Assembly: GCA_964606865.1 (NCBI GenBank)
Contig: CAZSIO010000001.1
Span: 1-34,082 of the forward strand
DNA from: an uncultured Sideroxydans sp.
GTDB taxonomy: Bacteria; Pseudomonadota; Gammaproteobacteria; Burkholderiales; Gallionellaceae
Direction of reading: 5' to 3'
Length of the DNA stretch: 34,082 nt
Part shown: positions 17,265-27,072 of the stretch, one piece after another
Position numbering within the stretch: position 1 is the stretch's first letter
How the letters are laid out: every line of letters starts with the position of its first letter
Notes under the pieces: generated by a model
What the model was told of the DNA's origin: nothing
Seen by the model: only the letters and a program-made list of their open reading frames with translations
Databases searched by the model: none
Position numbers and translations under genes: made by a program

Positions 17265-19022
17265 TCAGGAGTCTCCTGTTGTTGCCGGGTGTTGTTGCAT
17301 TGTCGCATCCTCCTGCCCGGACACTTTCCCTGTCGATAAAAACAATTCCCGATGCAATGCCAGATGGCGCGGGGTAAAAGCATGCGCGATTTTATACACG
17401 AAGTGATGGCGCGCGTAATGATAGCTTGGGTCAAAACCATAGAAATTGCGCCGCATCTCGGCCAACTCGGCGGCGCGGTATTCGGCCAGAGGCTTCTTCG
17501 CTTCATCACAGGTGCGGAGTGCGCTTTTATCAGCAAGGCGTTGTGCATAGTCCGGCGCTATCGCCAGTTCCATGGCCATGCGCTTCACCCTGGCACGGAA
17601 TGCATCAGCAGCGTCGTCAAAACAGGCGTCAATCAATCTTTCCCGCATGGCAGCAGCAGCGGAGATTGGCAAACGGTTATGCATGATGGCGCAGGCTCGC
17701 ACCTTGCCGACGCGAGCTGGCAACAGATAGGTCCAGTATTCCGAGCCGTACAGGTTGCCCATATTGCGATAATGCGGATTAAGCACCACGCTCTGGCGCG
17801 CCCATACCTGGTCGCCCGCCAGCGCAAAGAAACAGCCGCCCGCCCCGGCGTTGCCCTGCATCACGGTAACGGTGAGACGGTCGGTGGTACCTAATATCTC
17901 CAGTACCAGGTTGTCCATTGCCTCGATGTTGCGCATGGATTCGTCGGCCGGGCTGTCGGCCGCCTCGATGCGGTTGAGGTGGATGCCGTTGGACCAGAAA
18001 TCCTCGCCGCCCATCAGCACCAGCACGCGCGTCGGCCGCGTGCAGGCCTGCACGTAGGCCGCACGCAGATTCATGCACTGCTGCGTCGACATCGCACCGT
18101 TGTAGAAATCAAAATGCAGGAAGCCGACGCAGCCGTGTTCCTCGTAGCGAATCTCGCCACTCGTCGCGCCTGGCAGAACCGGCAACGCCCTCGCCTCGGC
18201 GGCAAACGCCACGACGGCAGGCAGCTTGAAGCCGGGATCGTGTTCGAGGCGGCGCACATGGCCGATCCAGACCGTGCCGTCGCGGGTGGCGCGCAGCACG
18301 GCGTCGCCGCAGCGACCGAGCACGGCGCCCGCTGCGCCACGGTATGCGCTCTCGGCGCACGCATCGAACAGGTGGCAGGGCTGGCCGAACAGTTCGTCTT
18401 TCACGCCCGGACAGCCGTCGGCTGCATTCAGTTTGCGCAGCACCGTCGCAGTATCGTCAAGCTGCCAGTCGATGGCGCGCTGCGCCTGCTTAATGGAGGG
18501 GCGCTCAATGCCGCGTACCGCCACTTTGAAATCGTTCGCCGATGTCGGCTTCCAACTGCCGCAGATGTAATCGGGATAATGCAGCAGCGCTTCCAGCACG
18601 CCGCGCACGGCGGCATCGGCCACTTCGCCGCGATACAAACTGGATTTCTTCGCCGCGCGCATGGCAAAGGTCTGCGCCGACCAGATGTCGCCGCCGTCCA
18701 TGACCGCGTTGGCTTGCAGCACCGTCACACCCCACTCGGTCGCCCCCTGCTGGATCGCCCAGTCGAGCGAGGACGGCCCGCGGTCGCCGATGATGCCGGG
18801 ATGAACGATCAAGCACACATGTTGCGACCAGATCGATTCGGGAATAGCGCGCTTCAGGAACGGCGCGACGATCACATCCGGCTGCCACAGCGCCACCGCC
18901 TCTTCCGCCACGGAATCGGCGATATCGAGTTCGACCGAGACCTCGTGACCGCCCGCCTTCAGCTCCAGCCAGATACGCTGGCTCAGGCTGTTGAAGGAAT
19001 GGGTCAGCAACAGAATACGCAT
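17265..19022 (-). CDS. hypX: HypX/HoxX CO-generating hydrogenase maturase
   Basis: MRILLLTHSFNSLSQR, formyltransferase HPGIIGDRGPSSLDW, crotonase-like FYNGAMST, WSNGIHL, LYGSEYWTY. Confidence 0.93.
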   Translation of the reverse strand: MRILLLTHSFNSLSQRIWLELKAGGHEVSVELDIADSVAEEAVALWQPDVIVAPFLKRAIPESIWSQHVCLIVHPGIIGDRGPSSLDWAIQQGATEWGVTVLQANAVMDGGDIWSAQTFAMRAAKKSSLYRGEVADAAVRGVLEALLHYPDYICGSWKPTSANDFKVAVRGIERPSIKQAQRAIDWQLDDTATVLRKLNAADGCPGVKDELFGQPCHLFDACAESAYRGAAGAVLGRCGDAVLRATRDGTVWIGHVRRLEHDPGFKLPAVVAFAAEARALPVLPGATSGEIRYEEHGCVGFLHFDFYNGAMSTQQCMNLRAAYVQACTRPTRVLVLMGGEDFWSNGIHLNRIEAADSPADESMRNIEAMDNLVLEILGTTDRLTVTVMQGNAGAGGCFFALAGDQVWARQSVVLNPHYRNMGNLYGSEYWTYLLPARVGKVRACAIMHNRLPISAAAAMRERLIDACFDDAADAFRARVKRMAMELAIAPDYAQRLADKSALRTCDEAKKPLAEYRAAELAEMRRNFYGFDPSYHYARHHFVYKIAHAFTPRHLALHRELFLSTGKVSGQEDATMQQHPATTGDS

Positions 19023-19029
19023 CATCTCC

Positions 19030-20082
19030 TCAGCAGATTCTGGGCAGCTGTTCGCCCGCCAACCAGTCCACATTGCGGCGACCGCCAAAGCTTGTCTTCA
19101 TTTGCACGAAATGATGCGGGTCGGCATGCGCCGCGCCGATGATTGCCGCATCACCCGCCAGCGGATGCGCGCGCATGACTGCCAGCAGGCGTTCGGCATC
19201 GGCTGCGGCGCAGATCGCGATGAGTTTGCCTTCGTTGGCGACATACAAAGGATCGAGACCCAGGAATTCACACGCAGCGGCCACCACCGGCTTCACCGGA
19301 ATGGCTTCCTCGTTGATCGTCAGGCCGACCAACGATTGCTTGGCGATCTCGTTCAAGGTCGTAGCCAGTCCGCCGCGCGTCGGATCGCGCAGACAACGTA
19401 TGGCCGCGCCAGTTTCCAGCATGGCCGCGATCAGGTGGTGCAAGGCGGCGGTATCCGATTCGATAGGTACGTCAAAGGCGAGATTCTCGCGGCGGCTCAT
19501 GATTGCCATGCCGTGATCGCCCATGCTGCCGGAAATTAGAATGACATCGCCGGGGCGCACATTGGCACCGGACAAGTCCACACCATCCATCACCACGCCC
19601 ACACCAGTGGTGGTGATGAACACGCCATCGGCCTTACCCTGCTCGACCACTTTAGTGTCGCCTGTCACGACCGGCACTCCCGCCTCGCGCGCCGCCGCTG
19701 CCATAGACTGCACAATGCGCTGTAGGTTGATCAGCGGGAAACCTTCTTCCAGAATAAATGAAGCAGAAAGATAGAGCGGCTTCGCGCCCATCACCGCCAC
19801 ATCGTTGATGGTGCCGTGCACCGACAGACAGCCGATGTCGCCACCGGGAAAGAACAGGGGTGAAACCACATGCGCATCGGTCGCCATCACCAGCCGTCCG
19901 CCTGCCGTTGGCAACAGTGCTCCGTCATTACCTTGACGCAGATACTCATTATCGAAAGCGCCCGCAAACAACTCTTCGATCAACTGCGCCATCGCCCGCC
20001 CACCTGAGCCGTGGCTCATGTCCACACGTCCGTTCTTAATGTCCAGAGCGCGCACGTAACCTTTTTTTACTTCGCCATTCAT
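19030..20082 (-). CDS. hypE: Carbamoyl dehydratase HypE
   Basis: HGSGG, FFPGGDIG, TGDTKVV, RDPTRGG, C-terminal LPRIC. Confidence 0.97.
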   Translation of the reverse strand: MNGEVKKGYVRALDIKNGRVDMSHGSGGRAMAQLIEELFAGAFDNEYLRQGNDGALLPTAGGRLVMATDAHVVSPLFFPGGDIGCLSVHGTINDVAVMGAKPLYLSASFILEEGFPLINLQRIVQSMAAAAREAGVPVVTGDTKVVEQGKADGVFITTTGVGVVMDGVDLSGANVRPGDVILISGSMGDHGMAIMSRRENLAFDVPIESDTAALHHLIAAMLETGAAIRCLRDPTRGGLATTLNEIAKQSLVGLTINEEAIPVKPVVAAACEFLGLDPLYVANEGKLIAICAAADAERLLAVMRAHPLAGDAAIIGAAHADPHHFVQMKTSFGGRRNVDWLAGEQLPRIC

Positions 20083-21218
20083 GCCAGGATTACCTCGATG
20101 TCCTTGAATCGACCATAACTGTAATGTGCCGCGCAGGCACCTTCCGACGACACCATGCACGAACCTAAGGGATTCTCCGGGGTACATACCGTGCCGAACA
20201 CCTTGCAGTCTTGCGGCTTCTTCACGCCGCGCAAGATCGCGCCACATTCGCAGGCCTTGTTATCGGCCACCGGCTTGTAGCCAATACCGTAACGCGTCTC
20301 GGCATCATAAAGGGCGTAAGCCGAGCGTATCTTTAAAGCCGAATAAGGCACTTCCCCAAGACCGCGCCATTCGAAGCTGCGCCGCAATTCCAGCACTTCG
20401 GACACCATGGCCTGCGCCTTGAGGTTGCCTTCGCGCGTAACAGCGCGAGTGAACTCATTCTCCACTTCGGCGCGCCCCTGGTTGATCTGGCGGATCAGCA
20501 TGAGGATGGCCTGCAGCACATCCAAGGGCTCGAAACCGGCAATCACCACCGGCTTGCGATACTCATTCGAAAAATGCTCGTATGGCTGACTGCCGATCAC
20601 CACGCTCACATGTGCCGGGCCAATGAAACCATCCAACGGCACGGTACCGTACTGACGCACTTCGGGCGATTGCAGGATGTGCGTGATCGCTGCCGGTGTC
20701 AGCACGTGATTACACAGCACGCTGAAATTGGTGATGCCTTCGTCCTTGGCCTGTTTGATGATGAGTGCGGTAGGCGGCGTAGTCGTCTCGAAGCCAATGG
20801 CGAAGAACACCACTTCGCGCTGCGGATTGTCGCGCGCGATCTTCAATGCGTCTTGCGGCGAATAGATCATGCGCACGTCGCCGCCGCGCGCTTTGGCACG
20901 CATCAGCGAGAGGTTGTCGGAGGCCGGCACGCGCAAAGTGTCGGCGTAGGTGCAGACGATCACGTTCCGCTCCCGTGCCAGGCGGATCGCCTGGTCGACG
21001 CGCCCGATCGGCAGCACGCACACCGGACAGCCCGGGCCGTGGATCATGTGCACGTTGACGGGCAGCAGGTCGGCGATGCCGTAGCGCGAGATGGCGTGAG
21101 TGTGGCCGCCGCAAAATTCCATGAAGCTGTAATTCTTGTCGGTTGCCGCTTCGCGCCGGATGTTCGCGACGATATTCTTGGCCAGTTCGCCGTCGCGGAA
21201 TTCATCGATATATTTCAT
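20079..21218 (-). CDS. hypD: Hydrogenase maturation protein HypD
   Basis: MKYIDEFRD, CGGHTH, GPGCPVC, GFETT, PAHVS, CMVSSEGACAA. Confidence 0.97.
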   Translation of the reverse strand: MKYIDEFRDGELAKNIVANIRREAATDKNYSFMEFCGGHTHAISRYGIADLLPVNVHMIHGPGCPVCVLPIGRVDQAIRLARERNVIVCTYADTLRVPASDNLSLMRAKARGGDVRMIYSPQDALKIARDNPQREVVFFAIGFETTTPPTALIIKQAKDEGITNFSVLCNHVLTPAAITHILQSPEVRQYGTVPLDGFIGPAHVSVVIGSQPYEHFSNEYRKPVVIAGFEPLDVLQAILMLIRQINQGRAEVENEFTRAVTREGNLKAQAMVSEVLELRRSFEWRGLGEVPYSALKIRSAYALYDAETRYGIGYKPVADNKACECGAILRGVKKPQDCKVFGTVCTPENPLGSCMVSSEGACAAHYSYGRFKDIEVILA

Positions 21219-21469
21219 GATGCAGTACCATTGGGTTCTGAACGCAATTCGTCCAACTGTCCCATCTCTGCAAACATCGCCAGCGTGCGTTCTGCTTCTT
21301 CCTGATCTACTTTTTGTAGCGCATAGCCGACATGCACGATAACGTATTCGCCCACTGTGGCGTCGTCCACCAGCGCCAGCGATATCTCCTTGCGCACGCC
21401 GCCAAGATTGACGATGGCATTGGCCGGCGTGGTCATTTCCTCGATGCGGGCGGGGATGGCGAGACACAT
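21215..21469 (-). CDS. hypC: Hydrogenase chaperone HypC
   Basis: MCLAIPA...VIVHVGYAL; stop codon overlaps the hypD start. Confidence 0.95.
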   Translation of the reverse strand: MCLAIPARIEEMTTPANAIVNLGGVRKEISLALVDDATVGEYVIVHVGYALQKVDQEEAERTLAMFAEMGQLDELRSEPNGTAS

Positions 21470-21471
21470 GA

Positions 21472-23775
21472 TCAGGCTCCTTGATTGAGATGTTGCAACG
21501 CGACCGCCGCCTGGCCGAAAGAGATCGCGCCGTCGTTGGGCGGCAATTGCTGCGCGGTCAGCACGGTCAGTCCGCCTGCCGTCAGGATGTCGGTCAGCGA
21601 CTGCGTCAGAATATTGTTGAGGAAACAGCCGCCACCCAGCGCGACATGCTTGATGCCGCTGCGCCCGGCGGCGCGCTGCATCCAACCGCACAGCCCCTCG
21701 GCCAGCGTGGCATGGAACAGCGCCGCACCGTAGGCCGTGTCCTTGCAGTCGGCGAGCTTGACCAGCAGCGGGCAAAGATCGAGGTCGTTCTGCGCGGTAA
21801 GGATGTAACCCGGCGCGAGCGGCTCGACTTTGCCGTGGCGCTCGGCCAACCCCTCCAGCAGCATCGCCGCCTGCCCTTCATAGCCCTGCACTTCTTTCAC
21901 ACCGAGCAGGCCGGCCGCCGCGTCGAACCAGCGCCCCATGCTGCTGGTCTCCACGCAGTTCAGCTTGCGCTGCAACATGTCTGTCACCGTCGCCGCACCC
22001 GCCCGCCCCGGAAAACGGCGCACGATCTCGTCCGCACGGTTCATGTCAAACAGGGCCGCTGCCGCCATGCGCCAGGGTTCGCGCGCGGCGCGGTCGCCGC
22101 CGGGCATGTGCAGCGGCACGAGATGGCCGAGGCGTTCACAGTCCGTGCCCGCCACACGCAACAACTCCCCCCCCCAAGCACAGCCGTCGGCTCCAAGGCC
22201 TACGCCGTCCAGCGCCAGGCCGAGTACCGGCCCGGTTACACGGTGTTCGGCCATGATGGCGACGATGTGCGCATGGTGATGCTGCACGGCGAACAGTGGC
22301 AGCCCGCGCTCCTCCGCGAAACTCTGCGCGTAGTGCGTACTGTAGAAGTCTGGGTGCAGATCGTGCGCCACGGCTTGCGGCTGCACATCGAGGATGTCGC
22401 AGAGATATTCGACCGTCTCGTCCAGCATCTCGCGCGCGCCGACATGGTCGAGGTCGCCAATGTGTTGCGACACAAAGGCTTCGTTGCCCCGCGTGAGGCA
22501 GACGGTGTTTTTCAGCCATGCACCGCAGGCTAGCACCGGGGGACCGGAGAACGGCAACACGATGCGGCGCGGCGTGTAACCGCGTGCACGGCGGACGAAG
22601 ATCGGCGCCTTGCCCTGCCACTTCATCACACCGTCATCGCAGCGATGCAGGATGTCGCGGTCATGCGTGAGGAAGGCATCGGCTAGACCAAAAAGAGAAT
22701 TACGCGCCTCGTCATCGTCCTTCACCAGCGGCTCGCCGCCGGGATTGGCGCTGGTCATCACCAGTGCCAGTGGCGTGGCCTGATGTAGCCAGTCCTTCCC
22801 TTGCGGACGGCCAAGCAATTCGTGGAACAACAGATAGTGCAGCGGCGTGTAGGGCAGCATCAGGCCGATGCTGGAAAGTCCCGGCGCGATGCCCTGCAAC
22901 TCAGCCTCACACTTCGCCGACTGGCGCAGCAGTACGATGGGGCGTTCACCTGTTTCCAGCAGCGCAGCCTCCTGTTCGCAGAACTGCGCGTAATGCCGGG
23001 CCGACCGCGTGTTCAGCACCATCACCGCGAACGGTTTTTCCTCGCGATGCTTTCCGTTGCGCAATCTCTCCACGGTCGCAGCGTCGCGCGCATCGCACAC
23101 CAGATGGAAACCGCCGATGCCTTTGACGGCAACGACCTGCCCGGCGCGGATGCGCCCGGCAGCAGTCGCAACAGGATCATTGCCGGTGAGCAGGTTCCAG
23201 TACGCATCGAACAGACTCAAACGCGGCCCGCATTTGGGACAGGCATTGGGCTGCGCGTGGAAGCGGCGCGTGGTCGGTGTGTCGTATTCCTGCTGGCAGA
23301 CCGGGCACTGCTTGAACTTCGCCATGCTGGTGTTGGCGCGATCATAGGGCAGGCGTGCGGTCAGCGTATAGCGCGGACCACAGTGGATGCAGTTGATGAA
23401 GGGATGGCGATAGCGGCGGTCAGCGTGGTCGAACAGTTCGGACAGACAATCAGAGCAGATCGCCATGTCTGGCGCGATACCGGTGAGCACTCGGCCAGCT
23501 TTGCTTGCAGTGATGGCGAATCCGCATAAGCCGGTGGTGGTTTGCGCGAAGTCGTGGGTAATTTTTTCCACGCGCGCCAATATCGGTGGCTCGCTTTGCA
23601 TGCGTTCAATCAAACGCATCACTTGCGGTTGTTCGCCCTCGACCGTTATCTCCACACCTTCGCTGTCGTTGCGCACCCAACCGGCCAGACCGAGTTCGTT
23701 GGCAAGCCGGTAAACGAAGGGTCGAAAACCGACGCCCTGCACTTGCCCCGATACTCTGATCTGCGCGTGGACCAT
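21472..23775 (-). CDS. hypF: Carbamoyltransferase HypF
   Basis: Acylphosphatase VQGVGFRPF, two CxxC-x18-CxxC zinc fingers, KGIGGFHL, QHHHAH, PPNDG. GGAGG RBS before ATG 23775. Confidence 0.97.
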   Translation of the reverse strand: MVHAQIRVSGQVQGVGFRPFVYRLANELGLAGWVRNDSEGVEITVEGEQPQVMRLIERMQSEPPILARVEKITHDFAQTTTGLCGFAITASKAGRVLTGIAPDMAICSDCLSELFDHADRRYRHPFINCIHCGPRYTLTARLPYDRANTSMAKFKQCPVCQQEYDTPTTRRFHAQPNACPKCGPRLSLFDAYWNLLTGNDPVATAAGRIRAGQVVAVKGIGGFHLVCDARDAATVERLRNGKHREEKPFAVMVLNTRSARHYAQFCEQEAALLETGERPIVLLRQSAKCEAELQGIAPGLSSIGLMLPYTPLHYLLFHELLGRPQGKDWLHQATPLALVMTSANPGGEPLVKDDDEARNSLFGLADAFLTHDRDILHRCDDGVMKWQGKAPIFVRRARGYTPRRIVLPFSGPPVLACGAWLKNTVCLTRGNEAFVSQHIGDLDHVGAREMLDETVEYLCDILDVQPQAVAHDLHPDFYSTHYAQSFAEERGLPLFAVQHHHAHIVAIMAEHRVTGPVLGLALDGVGLGADGCAWGGELLRVAGTDCERLGHLVPLHMPGGDRAAREPWRMAAAALFDMNRADEIVRRFPGRAGAATVTDMLQRKLNCVETSSMGRWFDAAAGLLGVKEVQGYEGQAAMLLEGLAERHGKVEPLAPGYILTAQNDLDLCPLLVKLADCKDTAYGAALFHATLAEGLCGWMQRAAGRSGIKHVALGGGCFLNNILTQSLTDILTAGGLTVLTAQQLPPNDGAISFGQAAVALQHLNQGA

Positions 23776-23790
23776 GATTGCTAAAACCTC

Positions 23791-23867
23791 CACCGCAAGG
23801 ACACAGAGACACAGAAAAAGGCAAAACCTCCTCCGATTTTCCCCTGTGTCTCTGTGTCCTTGCGGTG
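23791..23867. repeat. ACACAGAG-type inverted-repeat element D (hypB/hypF junction)
   Basis: Perfect 24-bp inverted repeat CACCGCAAGGACACAGAGACACAG (23791-23814 and 23844-23867). Confidence 0.9.
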
Positions 23868-23900
23868 AGATTGTTTTTGATTCATATTGTTCGGTGAATA

Positions 23901-24905
23901 CTACCTGCCATCGATGGACTTCCTATCCACAGCCTTCTTGCAACCGGCCTTAATCCAATCCAGCCACTCGCCCATACCCTCGCCGCTGGTCGCCGAGGTG
24001 CGGATCACCTTGATATCCGGATTCACGCGGCGTGCGTTGGCCACGGCCAGTTCGGCATCGAAGGTCAGATACGGCAACAGGTCACACTTGTTCAGCAGCA
24101 TCAAATCCGCGGCGCGGAACATGTCGGGGTATTTGAGCGGCTTGTCCTCGCCCTCGGTCACCGAGAGGATGGCGACCTTGTGCGCCTCGCCCAGATCGAA
24201 ACTCGCCGGGCACACCAGATTGCCGACGTTCTCGATCAACATCAGGCTGTCCTCGGCCATGGCCAGTTGCGTCATCGCCTTGCCCACCATGTAAGCATCA
24301 AGGTGACAACCCTTGCCGGTGTTGATCTGCAAGGCGGGCGCACCGGTGGCGCGGATGCGGGCGGCGTCATTGTCGGTCTGCTGGTCGCCTTCGATCACCG
24401 CCAGTTTCATCTGGTCCTTCAGCAGCTCGATTGTCTTCACCAGCAGCGTGGTCTTGCCAGAACCGGGGCTGGATACGAAATTGAGCGCAAAGATGCCGTG
24501 CTCGGCCAGTTGGGCGCGGTTCTCGTTGGCGTAGCTGTCATTCTTGGACAGGATATCCTGCTCGATTTTCACCATGCGCGACTGGCTCATGCCGGGCGCA
24601 TGCGCGCCTGCCGGACCGAGGCCGTAATGCACCGAGCCGTCGGCATGCGAGTGAGAATGATCGTGATGGTGGCCGTGCCCGTGCAAATGGTCATGCACAT
24701 GCTCGTGCGAGGAACCATCCTTGTGCATGTGGTAATGCATGTGCTTCGCCTCGGCATGATCATGATTGTGTTCATGGTCGTGCGAATGATCGTGATCGTG
24801 TGCCGTGCCGTCGGCATGCACATGAAAATGTCCGCCGTGACTGTGTTCGACGGCCTTGCCGTCAATGGTCGTCTCGCCCGCGCCGCAACCGCATACGTTA
24901 CACAT
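23901..24905 (-). CDS. hypB: Nickel-insertion GTPase HypB with a His-rich linker
   Basis: [32 protein letters not shown]. Confidence 0.97.
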   Translation of the reverse strand: MCNVCGCGAGETTIDGKAVEHSHGGHFHVHADGTAHDHDHSHDHEHNHDHAEAKHMHYHMHKDGSSHEHVHDHLHGHGHHHDHSHSHADGSVHYGLGPAGAHAPGMSQSRMVKIEQDILSKNDSYANENRAQLAEHGIFALNFVSSPGSGKTTLLVKTIELLKDQMKLAVIEGDQQTDNDAARIRATGAPALQINTGKGCHLDAYMVGKAMTQLAMAEDSLMLIENVGNLVCPASFDLGEAHKVAILSVTEGEDKPLKYPDMFRAADLMLLNKCDLLPYLTFDAELAVANARRVNPDIKVIRTSATSGEGMGEWLDWIKAGCKKAVDRKSIDGR

Positions 24906-24914
24906 TGCTTTCTC

Positions 24915-25256
24915 CTATTCCACGTCGAGTTCTTTGACTCTCATTTCATTCCCGCCGGTCACTTGCACCTGATGGCTACCGCACTTGGGACAGGCGTCGT
25001 AAAGAGCTCTTACATTCACCATTCCGGCGCAGTGCAGACACCATGCCTGCCCCGGCGTTTCGATGATCTCCAGCTTCGCATCCTGCGCGATGCTGTCGCG
25101 CACAACCGCATCGAAACAGAACTTCATGGCTTCGGCTTCCACACCCGCGAGCTGGCCGATCTCCAGCCACACCGTCTTCACGCGGCTGAAGTTCTGCGTC
25201 TTTGCAGAATCTTCAATTATTTGAAGAACACCTTCAGCCAGCGACATTTCATGCAT
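24915..25256 (-). CDS. hypA: Nickel metallochaperone HypA
   Basis: MHEMSLA, CLHC and CPKCGS. Confidence 0.97.
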   Translation of the reverse strand: MHEMSLAEGVLQIIEDSAKTQNFSRVKTVWLEIGQLAGVEAEAMKFCFDAVVRDSIAQDAKLEIIETPGQAWCLHCAGMVNVRALYDACPKCGSHQVQVTGGNEMRVKELDVE

Positions 25257-26337
25257 CTGAATTCCTTATCCATATCTCATATGCCACACAGGGATCGAGC
25301 GACATCACCTCGATCTGCGCACAGTACTCCAACACGCCGCCGTCATGTTTCGCCAACCCGCACAGATCCTGCGCAAACGACCCAGCCGGATGAAAATTCC
25401 ATTCGGTGGGCGCGACGATCGTATAGTCCGCCACCTTGTCGCCATCCAGCTGAACCCGGTGCAGCAGCAGGCCGCGCGCGGTGCGCACGACGGCGATACC
25501 TTCGTCCGCCACCGGACTGCTCATGCTCAATCTCGGTGCGGCTTTGCCACTCGCCATTGTGACTATATCCATCAGCCTGGCCAGCAGACGCGTCAGTGCT
25601 TTCGAGCCGCTTTGTTGCCACACGTCAGGCAATAACGGATTGTCGGCGTAATAGCTCCATGCACCCGTCTCCGCCGCCGCACCCTGCCATTCCGGCTGGG
25701 CTGCGAATGCAGCATCCCACTTTCCGGCACAAGTCTGCTGCACTTCCACAGCCGACCAGGGTGGCAAGAGCCTGGCCTCGTTGTTTTTGCAGCAGTTTTG
25801 CGCCAGTTCGTCCAGCTTGGCCAGCGGTCGCGCCAGCGCGCTGCCCGGCTTGCGCCACCACGTTTGCAGTGCGGCATAACTGTCAAATGCCAGCCATTCC
25901 GTTGCCGCCATACCCAGCGCGTCGCGCTCAAACTCGTGCAGAAAAATTGACATCTCAGCCTCGCCTGCGCCAATCTTGCGCAACATCGCATACCAGACTG
26001 AAAACTGTTTGTCCTCTTGCGACATGCCAAGCAGATTCGGCCAATCCAGCATCAGGCGCCACAAATGCTCCTGCAGCGCCTCGCACACGATGGCGCGTTC
26101 CATCGCCGTGACAGATGGACTCTTCTCGCGCCTCGCCGCCAGCAGCGCAACACTGGCTGCCGCGCCTTGCGCCCGCCCGCACACGCTGAACAGCAGCGGC
26201 ACGATCTGCGCCACCTGCGCCGGTGTCTTGCCTTTCAGCAGCTTTGCCGCCAGCGGCCGCGTCGAGCTGATATCCGTTGCAGTGACCGACTCACCATCCC
26301 AGACTACACCCAGTGTTAACTTGCCAACATCAAACAA
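25249..26337 (-). CDS. hupK: HupK/HoxV large-subunit-like scaffold
   Basis: LFSVCGRAQ, EHLWRL, TARGLLLH, VAPTEWNFHP, LDPCV. Confidence 0.88.
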   Translation of the reverse strand: MFDVGKLTLGVVWDGESVTATDISSTRPLAAKLLKGKTPAQVAQIVPLLFSVCGRAQGAAASVALLAARREKSPSVTAMERAIVCEALQEHLWRLMLDWPNLLGMSQEDKQFSVWYAMLRKIGAGEAEMSIFLHEFERDALGMAATEWLAFDSYAALQTWWRKPGSALARPLAKLDELAQNCCKNNEARLLPPWSAVEVQQTCAGKWDAAFAAQPEWQGAAAETGAWSYYADNPLLPDVWQQSGSKALTRLLARLMDIVTMASGKAAPRLSMSSPVADEGIAVVRTARGLLLHRVQLDGDKVADYTIVAPTEWNFHPAGSFAQDLCGLAKHDGGVLEYCAQIEVMSLDPCVAYEIWIRNSDA

Positions 26338-26856
26338 TCACATCCCCAAGAAACTGCCGCGCAGGAAATCGCGCCGCGACACCGGTATTTCCGCAACCGG
26401 CTCGCCCATCAACCTGGCAGCCTCGAATTCCCGTTTTCGTTCCACATCGCGCTGCGCATCGGACTCGTCGGCAACGAACAAGGCCGCCATCACTTGTTCG
26501 GCGACCGCCACCGCATCCGCTTGGCGTTCGACATGGATGACCGGTGAGATCAGCGAACAAGTCTGGCAAGTACCCAGCGCCGGTTCGTTCAGCCCCATAA
26601 ACTCGTACTTGCCGGATGGAAATTCCCAAGTCATCGTTTCGTCCGGCCCCAGCGTTTTGAGTGGCATCTTGTCGCCCGGCATCACCGCCAGGTTGATCGT
26701 CCACGGCGTGACCAGCACGCCTACCCAATGCTCCCGCCACTCGCGAAATCCAACAGCCTGAACGCGCAGTGCCGGATTGCAGATTGGCAGACCCGCCATA
26801 CGCGTCTCGGCAATGTTTTTAAATACCGCCTCCAGTTTCTTTTCAACCGCGTTCAT
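26338..26856 (-). CDS. hoxT: HoxT/HybE (HupJ C-terminal) family assembly chaperone
   Basis: RMAGLPICNPALRVQAVGF, GVLVTPW, FPSGKYEF, CSLISP. Confidence 0.88.
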   Translation of the reverse strand: MNAVEKKLEAVFKNIAETRMAGLPICNPALRVQAVGFREWREHWVGVLVTPWTINLAVMPGDKMPLKTLGPDETMTWEFPSGKYEFMGLNEPALGTCQTCSLISPVIHVERQADAVAVAEQVMAALFVADESDAQRDVERKREFEAARLMGEPVAEIPVSRRDFLRGSFLGM

Positions 26857-27071
26857 TCGTTATGCACCATGAATTTGTGTTTGGGCGCATCGCAGTTCGG
26901 GCAGGTCCAGTGCTCCGGCAATCGGGAGAAGGGTGTGCCCGGCTCAATCTGCCACACCGGATCGCCCAACGCGGGATCGTACACCTCCCAGCAAATCCCA
27001 CATTCCATCCGCACGTCATCATCAGATAGTTTGCTGGCATCGCCCAGGAATGATCCTTCGCATAGGCTCAT
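26853..27071 (-). CDS. hupI: Rubredoxin HupI/HoxR
   Basis: MECGICWEVYDP...WTCPNC. Confidence 0.92.
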   Translation of the reverse strand: MSLCEGSFLGDASKLSDDDVRMECGICWEVYDPALGDPVWQIEPGTPFSRLPEHWTCPNCDAPKHKFMVHNE

Positions 27072-27072
27072 A

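Noticed and set aside
12919-23867. ACACAGAG elements as a CRISPR array
   Set aside because: Copies are kilobases apart, inverted rather than direct, and there are no cas genes.
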